Assembly (NCBI RefSeq): GCF_044704955.1
Contig: NC_091982.1
Coordinates: 201,190,001 to 201,254,000, forward strand
Source of the DNA: Pristiophorus japonicus
Lineage: Eukaryota
DNA length: 64,000 nucleotides
Reading direction: 5' to 3'
This document shows positions 25,595 through 38,869 of this stretch, piece by piece; the stretch's first letter is position 1; every line of letters starts with the position of its first letter. The translations under genes were made by a program, and so were the position numbers. A model generated the notes under the pieces. That model was given only the letters and a program-made list of their open reading frames with translations. It did no database searches and was not told where the DNA came from.

Positions 25595-26705
25595 GGGCCC
25601 AAGTTTCAATTGGATTTGTTCCTATTTTTTGGAGCAACTAGTTTTTTTTGGAGTATCCTAGAAATTGCAATTCTCCACATTTAGTTTGCTCCAGTTTCAG
25701 TGAGTTAGTTTAATTTCGTTTTAGTTTTTTTTCCAAAAGGGGGCGTGTTCAGCCACTTACGCCTGTTTTACAAGTTTAGACTGTGAAAAGTTACTCCAAA
25801 CTAACTTAGAATGGAGTAAGTGTCCACTTTTGTACGCCACGAAAAACCTTGTGTAGAGTTAAGAAATCAATGCAGCTAGCCAGAGATTTGGGGGGGGGAG
25901 AAAGGTAAGAGAGCACTTCATTTTTAAAAATAACCATCAATAATAAACAATTAATCAATAAATCAATGAATAAAAACCAATAAATAAATTAAAAGTTCCT
26001 ACCTCACCTACCCGTTTGGGAGCACCAGGAGCCCTCCAGCAGCGCGCACAGCAGCAAGCACACGCAGCCCATACACACCGGCAGCAAGCAGCGGTAGGCC
26101 ACTTGGCCAGGGATAGGGTCGTGAGCACAGCTGGGAGGGAGGGAGTTGGGGGGCAGGGAGGGGCGACAGTAAACAGACGAGCCTGCCCAAGTCCCATCCT
26201 ACTCACGTCTTGCCCCCAATCTCTTTGCTTTCCTGCTACCCACGCCCCTCCCAACATCTCCGAGACAGTCCCAAGGAACACTCGATGGCCTCAGTCAGAG
26301 AGAGCAATCGACATCTTCCTTCTTGATCACTTTTGCCAGCTCCTTCTCCATTTCTTGTTTGCCGTCTCCAGATCCGAGCTCAGGTCCTTCTTCTCCTCCG
26401 CATCGTCGGTCACCTGCTCCAGGAGCCCACTCGGCCAGGGCTCGGGGCGGTGTGCTTCGGGTCCCTCCCACACAGTCTGCAGCACACGCACACAGAATCT
26501 GAGGGCCAGGAGCTATTGCGCAGACTCCACTGCGCACGCGTGCTTTTAGGCACAGGGCTGTAGCTCCGCCCCCCGCTGTTTGTTGCTACAGGAGGCCTCA
26601 TGGAAGTCGAAAATAGCAAGGTAGGAAACGGGCGTGCTTTTTATTCCAAGAAATCGGCAGATCTCTGAGGTGCGCCGTTCTAATCCTCAACTGAAACTTG
26701 GGCCC
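25595..26705. mobile_element. Harbinger-type MITE (6309 family, opposite orientation) with a unique GC-rich centre
   Basis: TIRs GGGCCCAAGTTTCA / TGAAACTTGGGCCC; flanks ATA / GTA. Left arm is the reverse complement of 7200-7439. Confidence 0.82.
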
Positions 26706-27927
26706 GTAGTGTTTAAAATTAATGGTGGATCTGATGACCAATGCCAAACCCCTGATACCATTACTTTTGCATTTACTACCCTGATTTAGTGAGTAGCTGA
26801 TCTTCTTCATGCATATTAAAGCTATGGACAAGAGAACAGTGGACTACAAAACAGATTGAAAAATGGGATTCACTTTTACTTATTTGCTAAATGTTTTTGT
26901 AGCTGTAGCATGTTGTAATGAAACAAAGCCTTATTTAGTTTTCTTGGCAAGAGAAATCTAAGTACAGTTAAGAGCTTTAGCTTTCTGTTTCTGTACTAAT
27001 TGTGTTGGGAATGACATGAAATAGATCTTGCTTTTTTGATCCACCCAATCTACCTTTGACCTCCAGTTATGCTACAATTTCAGAAACTTATTGTCCTTCA
27101 TTTGAGGTACATATTCAATAATTTAGACTCTGCTTCTCCAGGTTATCTGCCTTCAATGATCGGCATGCAAAACATAATAAAAGCCTTTTTTAAATTAAAG
27201 GAAAAGTAATAAAGACTATTTTGACCCTAAGTCAATCTTGGGACAAGCTAGGTGGATGTATCAAAATCATTTAATGTCTGCCTGTCTCCCATCCAAAGGT
27301 AAAATGAATGAAACTTCAAAATATCTGGTTGCTTTGCTTGATGTGACATTTTGAATGTTTTCAGCATTCCTTGCATACTTCAAAGCTATTTAGCTTGGTT
27401 GGCAGCTAATAGATGAAGTACACTGATCTTTGACTTTTATTTTGTTCAAAAAATCTTTTTTCTTACTACTTTAGTCATGACTGAAAACAATTTTGGCCTG
27501 AGGTACTAGAAAGGCTGGTTGTAATTAAAGTAGATAAATCACCAGGACTGGATGGCATGCATCCTAGAATGCTGAGGGAAGTAAAGGTGGAAATTACGGT
27601 GGTACTGGCCATATTCTTCCAATCATCCTTGAATATGGGGATGGTGCCAGAGGACGAGAGAATTGCAAATGGTGCACCCTTATTCAGAAAAGGGTGCAAG
27701 GATAAACCCAGCAACTATAGGCCAGTCAGTTTAACCTCCGTAGTGGGGAAGCTTTTAGAAGCGTTAATCCGGGACAAAATTAAGTCACTTGGACAAGTAA
27801 GGATAAATTAAGGAAAGCCAGCACGGATTTGTTAAAGGCAAATCATGTTTAACTAACTAGATTGAGTTTTTTGTTGAGGTAACATCGAGAGTTGATGAGA
27901 GCAATGCGATTGATGTGGTACATGGAC

Positions 27928-28210
27928 GTAAGAACATAAGAAATAGGAGCAGGAGTAGGCCATTTCGGGCCTCGAGTCTGATCTGCCATTCAATAAGATC
28001 AGGGCTGATCTGATCCTGGCCTCAACTCCACTTCCCCGCCCGTTCCCCAAACCCTCGACTACCTTATCTTTCAAAAATGTGTCTCTCTCCACCTTTAAAT
28101 ACATTCAATGACCCAGCCTCCACAGCTCTGAGGTAGAGAATTCTAAAGATTCATGACCCTCAGAGAAGCAGTTATCATCTTTCCATTTTAAATGGGCAAC
28201 CCTTATTCTG
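27928..28210 (-). mobile_element. CR1 family B 3' fragment nested in family C
   Basis: Tail TAAGAACATAAGAAATAGG and 3' UTR matching 9548-9765. Confidence 0.85.
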
Positions 28211-28670
28211 AAAAGGCATTTGATAAAGTGCCACATAATAGGCTTGCCAGCAAAGTTGAAGCCCGTGGAATAAAAGGGACAGTGGCAGCATGGATATGAA
28301 ATTGGCTAAGTGATGGGAAACAGAGTAGCAATGGGTGATTTTTGGACTGGAGGAAGGTATACAGTGATGTTGAACAGGGGTTGGTACTAGGACCATTGCT
28401 TTTCTTGATGTATATTAATGACTTAGACTTGGGTGTGCAGGGCAAAATTTGCAGATGACACAAAAGTTAGAAATATAGTCAACAGTGAGGAGGATAGTGA
28501 TCGACTTCAAGCAGTCATAGGTTGATAAAATGGGCGGGCACGTGGCATAGAAACAGAAAATAGGTGCAGCAGTAGGCCCTTCGAGCCTGCACCGCCATTC
28601 AATGAGTTCATGGCTGAACATGCAACTTCAGTACCCCATTCCTGCTTTCTCACCATATCCCTTGATTCCC

Positions 28671-31608
28671 CTAGTAGTAAGGACTAGATCTAACTCCTTT
28701 TTGAAGATATTTAGTGAATTGGCCTCTAACTTTCTGTGGTAGAGAATTCCACAGGTTCACCACTCTCTGGGTGAAGGAGTTTCTCCTCATCTCGGTCCTA
28801 AATGGCTTACCCTTTATCCTTAGACTGTGACCCCTGGTTCTGGACTTCCCCAACATTGGGAACATTCTTCCTGCATCTAACCTGTCTAAACCCATCAGAA
28901 TTTTAAACGTTTCTATGAGGTCCCCTCTCATTCTTCTGAACTCCAGTGAATACAAGCACAGTTGATCCAGTCTTTCTTGATATGTCAGTCCCGCCATCCC
29001 GGGAATCAGTCTGGTGAACCTTTGCTGCACTCACTCAATAGCAAGAATGTCCTTCCTCAAATTAGGAGACCAAAACTGTACACAATACTCCAGGTGTGGC
29101 CTCACCAAGGCCCTGTACAACTATAGTAACACCTCCCTGCCCCTGTACTCAAATCCCCTCGCTATAAAGGCCAACATGCCATTTGCTTTCTTAACCGCCT
29201 GCTGTACCTGCATGCCAACCTTCAATGACTGATGTACCATGACACCCAGGTCTCGTTGCACCTTCCCTTTTCCTAATCTGTCGCCATTCAGATAATAGTC
29301 TGTCTCTCTGTTTTTACCACCAAAGTGGATAACCTCACATTTATCCACATTATACTTCATCTGCCATACATTTGCCCACTCACCTAACTATCCAAGTCAC
29401 TCTGCAGCCTCATAGCATCCTCCTCGCAGCTCACACTGCCACCCAACTTAGTGTCATCCGCAAATTTGGAGATACTGCATTTAATCCCCTCATCTAAATC
29501 ATTGTACATTAATGTAAACAGCTGGGGCCCCAGCACAGAACCTTGCGGTACCCCACTAGTCACTGCCTGCCATTCTGAAAAGTACCCATTTACTCCTATT
29601 CTTTACTTTCTGTCTGCCAACCAATTCTCAGTCCACGTCAGCACACTATCCCCAATCCCGTGTGCTTTAACTTTGCACATTAATCAATCTCTTGTGTGGG
29701 ACCTTGTCGAAAGCCTTCTCAAAGTCCAAATACACCACATCAACTGGTTCTCCCTTGTCCACTCTACTGGAAACATCCTCAAAATTTCCAGAAGATTTGT
29801 CGAGCATGATTTCCCTTTCACAAATCCATGCTGACTTGGACCTATCATGTCACCTCTTTCCAAATGCGCTGCTATGACATCCTTAATAATTGATTCCATC
29901 ATTTTATCCACTACCGATGTCCGGCTGGCCAGTCTATAATTCCCTGTTTTCTCTCTCCTTTTTTTTTTTAAAAAGTGGGGTTACATTGGCTACCCTCCAC
30001 TCCATAGGAACTGATCGAGTCTGTGGAATGTTGGAAAATGACTGTCAATGCATCTGCTATTTCCAAGGCCACCTTCTTAAGTACTCTGGGATGCAGTCCA
30101 TCAGGCCCTGGGGATTTATCAGCTTTCAATCCCATCAATTACCCCAACACAATTTCCTGACTAATAAGGATTTCCCTCAGTTCCTCCTTCTTACTAGACC
30201 CTCTGATCCCTTTTATATCCAAAAGGTTGTTTGTGTCCTCCTTAATGAATACCGAACTAAAATACTTGTTCAATTGGTCCGCCATTTCTTTGTTCCCAGT
30301 TATGACTTCCCCTGATTCTGACTGCAGAGGACCTACGTTTGTCTTTACTAACCTTTTTCTCTTTACATATCTATCGAAGCTTTTGCAGTCCGTCTTAATG
30401 TTCCCTGCAAGCTTCCTCTCGTACTCTATTTTCCCTGCCCTAATCAAACCCTTTGTCGTCCTCTGCTGAGTTCTAAATTTCTCCCAGTCCCCGGGTTCAC
30501 TGCTATATCTGGCCAATTTGTATGCCACTTCCTTGGCTTTAATACTATTCCTGATTTCCCTTGATAGCCATGGTTGAGCCACCTTCCCTTTTTTATTTTT
30601 ACACCTGACAGGGATGTACAATTGTTATAGTTCATCCATGCGGTCTCTAAATGTCTGCCATTGCCCATCCACAGTCAACCCCTTAAGTATCCTTCGCCAC
30701 TCTATCCTAGCCAATTCACGCCTCATACCTTCAAAGTTACCCTTCTTTAAGTTCTGGACCATCGTCTCTGAATTAACTGTTTCCTTCTCCATCCTAATGT
30801 AGAATTCCACCATATTATGGGCACTTTTTTCCAAGGGGCCTCGCACAACGAGATTGCTAATTAATCCCCTCTCATTACACAACACCCAGTCTAAGATGGC
30901 CTCCCCCCTAGTTGGTTCCTCGACATATTGGTCTAGAAAACCATCCCTTATGCACTCCAGGAAATCCTCCTCCTCCGTATTGCTTCCAGTTTGGTTAGCC
31001 CAATCTATATGCATATTAAAGTCACCCATGATAACTGCTGAGCCTTTATTGCATGCACCCCTAATTTCCTCTTTGATGCCCTCCCCAACATCACTACTAC
31101 TGTTTGGAGGTCTGTACACAACTCCCACTAACGTTTTTTCCCCTTTGTGTTCTGCAGCTCTACCCATATAGATTCCACATCATCCAAGCTAATGTCCTTC
31201 CTAACTATTGCATTAATCTCCTCTTTAACCAGCAATGCTACCCCACCTCCTTTTCCTTTTATTCTATCCTTGCTGAATGTTGAAAACCCTTGGATCTTGA
31301 GTTCCCAGCCCTGATCATCCTGGAGCCATGTCTCTGTAATCCCAATCACATCATATCTGTTAACATCTATTTGCACAGTTAATTCATCCACCTTATTACA
31401 GATACTCCTTGCATTAAGACACAAAGCCTTCAGGCTTGTTTTTTTTAATACCTTGTCCTTTTAGAATTATAATGTAGTGTGGCTCTTTTTGTTTCTTGCC
31501 TTTGTTTACTCGGCCTTCCACTATTGCTTTTTACCTTTCTACCATCTGTTTCTGACTCCATATTACTTCGCCCTATCTCGCTGCATAGGTTCTCATCCCC
31601 CTGCCATA
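28671..31608 (-). pseudogene. CR1 ORF2 (APE endonuclease plus reverse transcriptase), multiple stops and frameshifts
   Basis: [60 protein letters not shown]. Confidence 0.92.
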
Positions 31609-32538
31609 TTAGTTTAAACACTCCCGAACTACTTATCTCCAGGACATCAGTTCCAGTCCTGCCCAAGTGCAGACCGTCCCTTTTGCACAGGTCCCACTTC
31701 CCCCAGAACTGATTCCAATGTCCCAGGAATTTGAATCCCTCCCTCTTGCACCACTGCTCAAGCCACGTATTTATTCTAACTATCCTGCTCCCTCTACTCT
31801 GATTAGCACGTGGCACTGGTAGCAATCCAGAGATTACTACCTTTGAGGTCCTACTTTTTAATTTAACTCCTAGCTCCCTAAATTCAGCTTGTAGGACCTC
31901 TTCCCGCTTCTTACCCATATCGTTAGTACCTACATATACCACGACAACTGGCTGTTCACCCTCCCTCTCCAGAATGCTCTGCAGCCGCTCCGAGACATCC
32001 TTGACCCTTGCACCAGGGAGGCAACATACCATCCTGGAGTCTCGCTTGCGGCCGCAGAAACTCCTATCTATTTCCCTTACAATAAAGTCCCCTATCACTA
32101 TAGCTCTCCCACTCTTTTTCCCACCCTTCTGTGCAGCAGAGCCACCCAAGGTGCCATGAACCTGGCTGCTGGTGCCTTCCCCTGGTAAGTCATCTCCCCC
32201 AACAGTATCCAAAACGGTATATCTGTTTTGGAGGGAGATGACCGCAGGGGACTTCCTGCACTACCTTCCTGCTCTTGCCTTGTCTCTTGGTCACCCATTC
32301 ACTATCTGTCCTAACCCTTGCATGCGGTGTGACCAACTCACTAAATGTGCTATCCACAACATTCTCAGCATCGCGCATGCTCCAGAGTGAGTCCATCCGC
32401 AGCTCCAATGCTGTAATGCGGTCTGTTAGGAGCTGCAGCTGGACACACTTCCCACACACATAGTCAGGGACACGAAGCGTCCCTGATTTCCCACATAGCA
32501 CAGGAGGAGCATGCCACGGGTCCGAGCTCTTCTGCCAT
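31609..32538 (-). pseudogene. CR1 ORF1 (zinc finger/leucine zipper plus SGNH/GDSL esterase), frameshifted
   Basis: MAEELGPVACSSCAMWEI...VCGKC.QLQLL...; VIGDFIVR, CCLPGARVKDV, YVGTND, RDGLHL. Confidence 0.9.
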
Positions 32539-33866
32539 GACTTTACCCTTAAATTAATTTACATACTAAAATTTACTTGAACACCAAACAGCTACTTTGT
32601 AGTTCGCTGCCATTAAACCAATCTAAAAGTCAGTCTAAAAGAGAGTTATAACTTACCAGTCGAACAGCCAACCACTTACCAGCTTGGCTGTGACGTCACT
32701 TCTCGATTTCGCACCCCTCTATCTTTGTCTGCAACTGGTTGGGCTGGTCTCTGGGCCTCCGTCTCCTACTCTCACACTCCTTATCAGCTGCTCTAGTGTC
32801 AGCACTGGTAGGAAAAACAAGACAAAACAGCACCTGCCACCCCTACTTGCCCGAACTCGCCCATTTAGCAAACTCTCAAATGCCACTCTATGCTGTTGCA
32901 CTCATTGCTCTGCATGAGCTGCCTTTTTTAAAACTGTATCTAGGTCAGATGACTCACTACTGGTCAGTCGTTTACAAAACTGGTTTTAACTAGCTGCTAA
33001 TTGCCTCCTACTGGAGAGTTACCTTGTTTTTCTCTGCCTAAACCTGAAAGATTCCCAACTATTTAACTTTTCCCCTTTAAATTAAACTGCTACTTAGAAG
33101 CTACTGCCAATTGCCACTAACAATTTATTCCAGCCTCCAAATGGTTCAAAGAGAATAACCCTTAAAACTTACCCACTTACCAAACTCACAAATGCCACTC
33201 TGCTGTTGCATGCCGTGCTCTACACGAGTTGCCTCTTTTTAAACTGTCAATTAAATTAAACTCTGGCAGATGAAGTTTAACACAGAAAAGTGCAAAGTGA
33301 TACATTTTGGTGGGAAGAATGAGGAGAGGCAATATAAACTAAAGGGTACAATTCTAAAGAGGATGCAGAAACGGAGAGACCTGTTTTAAGTTTTAAGGTG
33401 ATTGGCAGAAGAACCAAAGGCGATATGAGGAAAAACTTTTTCACACAGCGAGTGGTTAGGATCTGGAATTTGTTGCTTGAAAGGGTGGTGGTGGCAGATT
33501 CAATTGTGGCTTTCAAATGGAATTGGATATTTGCAGGGCTACGGGGAAAGAGTGGGGGAGTGGGACCGGCTGAAGTGCTCTTGGAGAGCTGGCACAGACT
33601 TGACTGGTAACTGGCCTCCTTCTGTGCTGTATATTTCTGATATTGCTCTGCTTGGATTATTTTTGCCAAAGTCATATAATTTGCCAAAGTCGGGAATGGT
33701 AGCAGAGTGGTAATGTCACTGGACTGGTAATGTGGTGCCTGTGCCAGTTGTGGTGTTCAAACCTGTGACCATACAAATTGACAGGCAAATGATCTGCTAC
33801 TAGATCGTGCAATCCATTTTTTCATTCTGCATAATTTTCTTTTCAAAGGAAAGACTTGTATAAAAA

Positions 33867-35294
33867 GCAGTGCAAGGAAGATAGTGCAGGGGTCCCCTTC
33901 GGTCATCCCCCTGCAAAATAGTGCAGGGGTCCCCTTCGAGTCATCCCCCGCTTTGAGTACTGTTGAGGGGGATGACTCATCAGGGGAGGGCAGCAGCAGC
34001 CAAGTTTATGGCACCGTGGCTGGCTCTGCTGCACAGGAGGGCAGGATAAAGAGTGGGAGAGCGATAGTGATCGGGGATTCGATTGTAAGGGGAATAGATA
34101 GGTGTTTCTGCGGCCGCAACCGAGACTCCAGGATGGTATGTTGCCTCCCTGGTGCAAGGGTCAAGGATGTCTGAGTGGGTGCAGGACATTCTGAAAAGGG
34201 AGGGTGAACAGCCAGTTGTCGTGGTGCACATTGGTACCAACGATATAGGTTTAAAAAAAGGGATGAGGTCCTACGAGATGAATTTAAGGAGCTAGGAGCT
34301 AAATTAAAACGTAGGACCTCAAAAGTAGTAATCTCTGGATTGCTACCAGTACCACGTGCTAGTCAGAGTAGGAATCGCAGGATAACTCAGATGAATACGT
34401 GGCTTGAGCAGTGGTGCAACAGGGAGGGATTCAAATTCCTGGGGCATTGGAACCGGTTCTGGGGAGGTGGGACAGTGCAAACCGGACGGTCTGCACCTGG
34501 GCAGGACCGGAACCAATGTCCTTGGGGGAGTGTTTGCTCGTGCTGTTGGGGAGGAGTTAAACTAATATGGCAGGGGGATGGGAACCAATGCAGGGAGACA
34601 GAGGGAAACAAAAAGGAGACAAAAGCAAAAGACAGAAAGGAGATGAGTAAAAGTGGAGGGCAGAGAAACCCAAGGCAAAAAACAAAAAGGGCCACTGAAT
34701 ATAAAGGGGCTGCAGGAGGGGTCAAAACTAAAAGTCATGGTTTTAAAAACTAGGATTAAAACACTCTACCTAAACGCACACAGCATTTGAAATAAAGTAA
34801 ATGAGTTGACGGCACAAATCATTACAAATGGGTATGATTTGGTGGCCATTACAGAAACATGGTTGCAGGGTCGCCAAGACTGGGAATTAAACATACAGGG
34901 GTATCTGACGATTCGGAAAGATCGACAAGAAGGGAAAGGAGGTGGGGTAGCTCTGTTAATAAAGGATGATATCAGGGCAGTTGTGAGAGACGATCGTGGC
35001 TCGAATGAACAAAATGTTGAATCATTGTGGGTGGAGATTAGAGATAGTAAGGGGAAAAAGTCACTGGTGGGTGTAGTTTATAGGCCCCCAAATAATAACT
35101 TCACGGTGGGGCGGGCAATAATCAAGGGAATAATGGAGGCATGTGAAAAGGGAATGGCAGTAGTCATGGGGGATTTTAACCTACATATCGATTTGGTCAA
35201 ATCAAATTGCACTGGGTAGCCTGGAGGAGGAATTCATAGAATGCATATGGGATTGTTTCTTAGAACAGTATGTGACAGAACCTACAAGGGAGCA
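33867..35294 (+). mobile_element. CR1 internal fragment (ORF1 esterase plus ORF2 endonuclease), lacking RT and 3' tail
   Basis: VIGDSIVRGIDR, HIGTND, VAITETWL, VGVVYRPP, MGDFN. The endonuclease part closely matches 50535-50895. Confidence 0.9.
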
Positions 35295-35319
35295 TGTAAA
35301 ACTGTTTAATGTGGTGCTA

Positions 35320-35734
35320 CAGGTACAGCATTGAGAATCCGAAAGCCTCACGACCGAGGCCGCTCTGGATTCTGTGTACCTCCGGACTTTGGAACGTCTC
35401 TATGACGTCCAGAATCTGGAAACGCCCGAGCCCAGGTTTCTGTATTTCCGGACTTCGGAACGCCTTTCTGACGTCTTGAGTCCGGAAACGCGTGGGCCAA
35501 GGTAGATAAGGAGGGGAGGGTGGGTCGGGTGGCCGAACAGCGGGGGGGAGGCAGGGGGAGAGTCAGCTTGAGGCGGGAGCGAGGTTGGGGAGTCGGCCCA
35601 AGGCGGGAGCGAGGTTCGGGGTCCGGCTTCCGAAACGTTTTCAGGATTCTGGATGACCTCGCCATGGAATGTCCCAGTGTCTGGATTTGGAACAGTACAG
35701 ATTCTGAAACTCTGGATTCTCGAAGTTGTACCTG
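35320..35734. mobile_element. Tc1/mariner (Tigger/pogo-like) MITE
   Basis: TIRs CAGGTACAGCATTGAGAATCC / GGATTCTCGAAGTTGTACCTG, TA TSD; internal duplicated GGACTT(T/C)GGAACG...CCGGAAACG subrepeats. Confidence 0.82.
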
Positions 35735-35941
35735 TATTACACATGGTTGATATTTGGAACTATCAACCTTTCAGTCTTGTTCTTGTCATCATATATTTTA
35801 TGCAATTTGCTTGCACAGATCATCCCTAGCCTAATTAAAAATAATCAACCTTTAGATATGATATAAAATCAGAGCTACAACATAATTGTGTACTATACTT
35901 CAGAAAGCACTTTTTGAATTGATGAAATTCTTTCAATTTAG

Positions 35942-36085
<144 letters not shown>

Positions 36086-36824
36086 TGAACACACAAGGAA
36101 CCAGAAATATCTTGTACTGAAAAATGTTATTTTGAATGTTTTTTCACTTGAAGCCTATATCTTCCATACAGTGCCTGTTGAATCTGTCAAAATTCAATCA
36201 TTTCTTATTTGGACGTTGGAACTTTAAATTTGATTATTCTGTTGATGCACAAGAAGCTGTAAGCCTACTCATCCTTCGTGTCTCATATATAAAAGTACTG
36301 TACAGTTACATCAGACAGTACAATCAAGAGAAATGCTAAGTATTGCAGCCTGTCTTTTGGCGAGCTGCATCAGGCTCTTGTGCTACAGGGCAGATTTTAA
36401 TGGTCTAATGTTCTTTTAAGAGCTGACATAAGCATTCTAACAAGATTTGATGTATGTGGAAGAGACACTTGTACAAGCATTTTTTTCTTGAGTATTATCT
36501 ATTTTAAGAATAATTCATGAATGACCATTAATTTTTGCCCAACTTGCAAGGACTGACGTTTAGAACCAACTTTTCCACCTATGGCAAAATGTTTGTTTGT
36601 TCACCTCTGATATGGATTCAAAATCGATCATACCTAAAAAAAAAAGTGAACGTGTCTATGGAGATGGGCCCATAATAGAAAACTCACTAATTCCATACAC
36701 TTTGCAGTACATTACCAATCTAACTGAGGCCACTGGATGACTAATCTAGGAAATGAAAACATTTCACACTGGTACAAAAGCTCATCCAAAATTCAGCTCG
36801 TATCCTAACTCGCACCAATCCCAT

Positions 36825-37775
36825 TCATCCATCATCATCATCATAGGCAGTCCCTCGGAATCAAGGAAGACTTGCTTCCACTCTTGAAGTGAGTTCTTTG
36901 GTGGCTGAACAGTCCAATACTCTGTCACAGGTGGGACAGATAGTTGTTGAGGGAAGGGGTGGGTGGGACTGGTTTGCCACACGCTCTTTCCGTTGTCTGC
37001 GCTTGATTTCTGCATGCTCTCGGCATTGAGATTCGAGGTGCTCAGCGACCTCTTGGATGCACTGCCTCCACTTCGGGCGGTCTTGGGCCAGGGATTCTCA
37101 GGTGTCAGTGAGGCACTTTATCAGGGAGGCTTTGAGGGTGTCCTTGTAGCGTTTCTGCTGCTCACCCTTGGCTCGTCTGCCATGAAGGAGCTCCGAGTAG
37201 AGCTTTGGGAGTCTCGTGTCTGGCATGCGGACTATGTGGCCTGCCTAGCGGAGCTGATAGTGTGGTCAGTGCTTCAATGCTGGGGATGTTAGCCTGAATG
37301 AGGACGCTGATGTTGGTGCGCCTGTCCTCCCAGGGGATTTGTAGGATCTTGCGGAGGAGACATCGTTGGTGATATTTCTCCAGCAACTTGGTGTCTACTG
37401 TACATGGTCCATGTTTCTGAGCCATACAGGAGGATGGGTATTATTACAGCCCTGTAGACCATGAGCTTGGTGGCAGTTTTGAGGGCCTGGTCTTCATGCA
37501 CTCTTTTCCTCAGGCGACCGAAGACTGCACTGGCACATTGGAGGCGGTGTTGGATCTCGTCGTCGATGCCTGCTCTTGTTGATAGGAGACTCCTGAGATA
37601 TGGGAAGTGGTCCACGGTGTCCAGGGCTGCGCGTGGATCTTGATGACTGGGGGACAGTGCTGTGCGGTGAGGACAGGCTGGTGGAGAACCTTTGTCTTAC
37701 GGATGTTTAGCATAAGGCCCATGCTTTCGTACGCCTCAGTAAATATGTTGAGTGCAGCCTCTGTGCACAGACGGA
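36825..37775 (-). mobile_element. RTE (BovB/Expander-like) LINE 3' fragment
   Basis: DHFPYL.S.LS...IDDEIQHRLQCAS.VFGRLRKRV...TKLMVYRAV..P.LLYGSETW; HQRCL.RKIL.I.WEDRRTN; (TGA)n tail. Confidence 0.9.
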
Positions 37776-37777
37776 CA

Positions 37778-38197
37778 CATGCTCACTGACCTAGATTGGC
37801 TCCAGTCCAGCAGCGCCTCGATTTAAAAATTATCATCCTCGTGCTCAAATCCCTCTGGCACCTCTTCTCCCCATATTTGTACCCTCCTCTAGCCCTACAA
37901 CCCTCTGCAATCTCTGCGCTTCCTAAATTCTGGCTTCCTGTGAAATCCCCACTTGCCTCGCCCCACCATTGGCAGCTGTGCTTTCAGCCATCTCGGCCCT
38001 AAGCTTTGGAATTCCCTCCCTACACCCCTCCACCCCTGTTCCTTTTAAGATGTTCCTTAAAACCTACCTCTTTAACCAAGCTTTTGGTCACTTGCCCTAA
38101 TGTCTCCTTTGGATCGGTGTCAATTTTTATCTGATTGTGCTCCTGTGAAGCGCCTTGGGATGTTTTTCTGTGTTAAAGGTGCTATAGAAGTTGTTGA
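37778..38197 (+). mobile_element. L2 LINE 3' end
   Basis: Matches 3990-4368; tail GGGATGTTTTTCTGTGTTAAAGGTGCTATAGAAGTTGTTG. Confidence 0.8.
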
Positions 38198-38869
38198 ATT
38201 GTTAGGCTGGAGAAAAATAGGTGCACCTTTACATTGCATTCAATTGTTATACATGAGCTGGGAGAGCTTGATGTTGACAAGTGTGCCTGAATGGAAAGTG
38301 ACCTATTAACTAACCTCCTATCGCTTCACCTTGTTGAGCACAAAAATTCAGCTACTTTTGGTTAAATTATGATTATAAATATCGCAGCATGTCAAGTAGC
38401 CAAAAAATTGTTGCAGCAAAAAGTCCTTAATTTTTAGTTGTGCTGCACGTTAAATTTAATCAGTTAACCCTTGACTCGTTGGATATTAAGGATACGGTGC
38501 AGATATATTATGAAAATAGCGATCAATTTAATCAAAACTCATCTTGCAGTTCCATCACAATTACCATAACATGACTGAGGAGTATATTTCTACATCTAGA
38601 AGTATAATAGTAAAGCATGCAATGTAAACTTTACAAGTTAAATGTTAATTGCCACAACATTATAAAACTTTTGTAGTACTGTATTTGACTCCTGACATGA
38701 GTAATGTAATCAGTCAGTACCATGTATAAAACTACTTGAGTATGTTATAACTAGTGGAGATCCACTGTTTACCAGGTCACATGATTAGCTGGCACCAACA
38801 GCTCCTTTTGTCTTGTAAATATAGTAAATGGTTCAATTAGTTGGTGTCTTAAGTCATGCAAAATGGTGT

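Larger units (their letters stand above)
28548..33263 (-). mobile_element. Near full-length CR1 LINE (family A): 5' UTR, ORF1, ORF2, tail; ORFs disrupted
   Basis: ORF1 and ORF2 motifs in the expected order, octamer tail, and TGGCA duplicated at 28543-28547 and 33264-33268. Confidence 0.95.
27478..33640 (+). mobile_element. Older CR1 copy (family C) in three pieces: 27478-27927, 28211-28547, 33264-33640
   Basis: MHPRMLREVK...NYRPVSLTSVVGKLLE. Reading continuity across both inserts (CATGGAC|AAAAGGCATTTG and ACGTGGCA|GATGAAG). Confidence 0.85.

Noticed and set aside
31445-32212. GDSL/SGNH esterase as a host or horizontally acquired enzyme
   Set aside because: It is the well-known esterase domain of CR1 ORF1, directly upstream of the endonuclease-RT ORF, and is repeated at 33884-34560.
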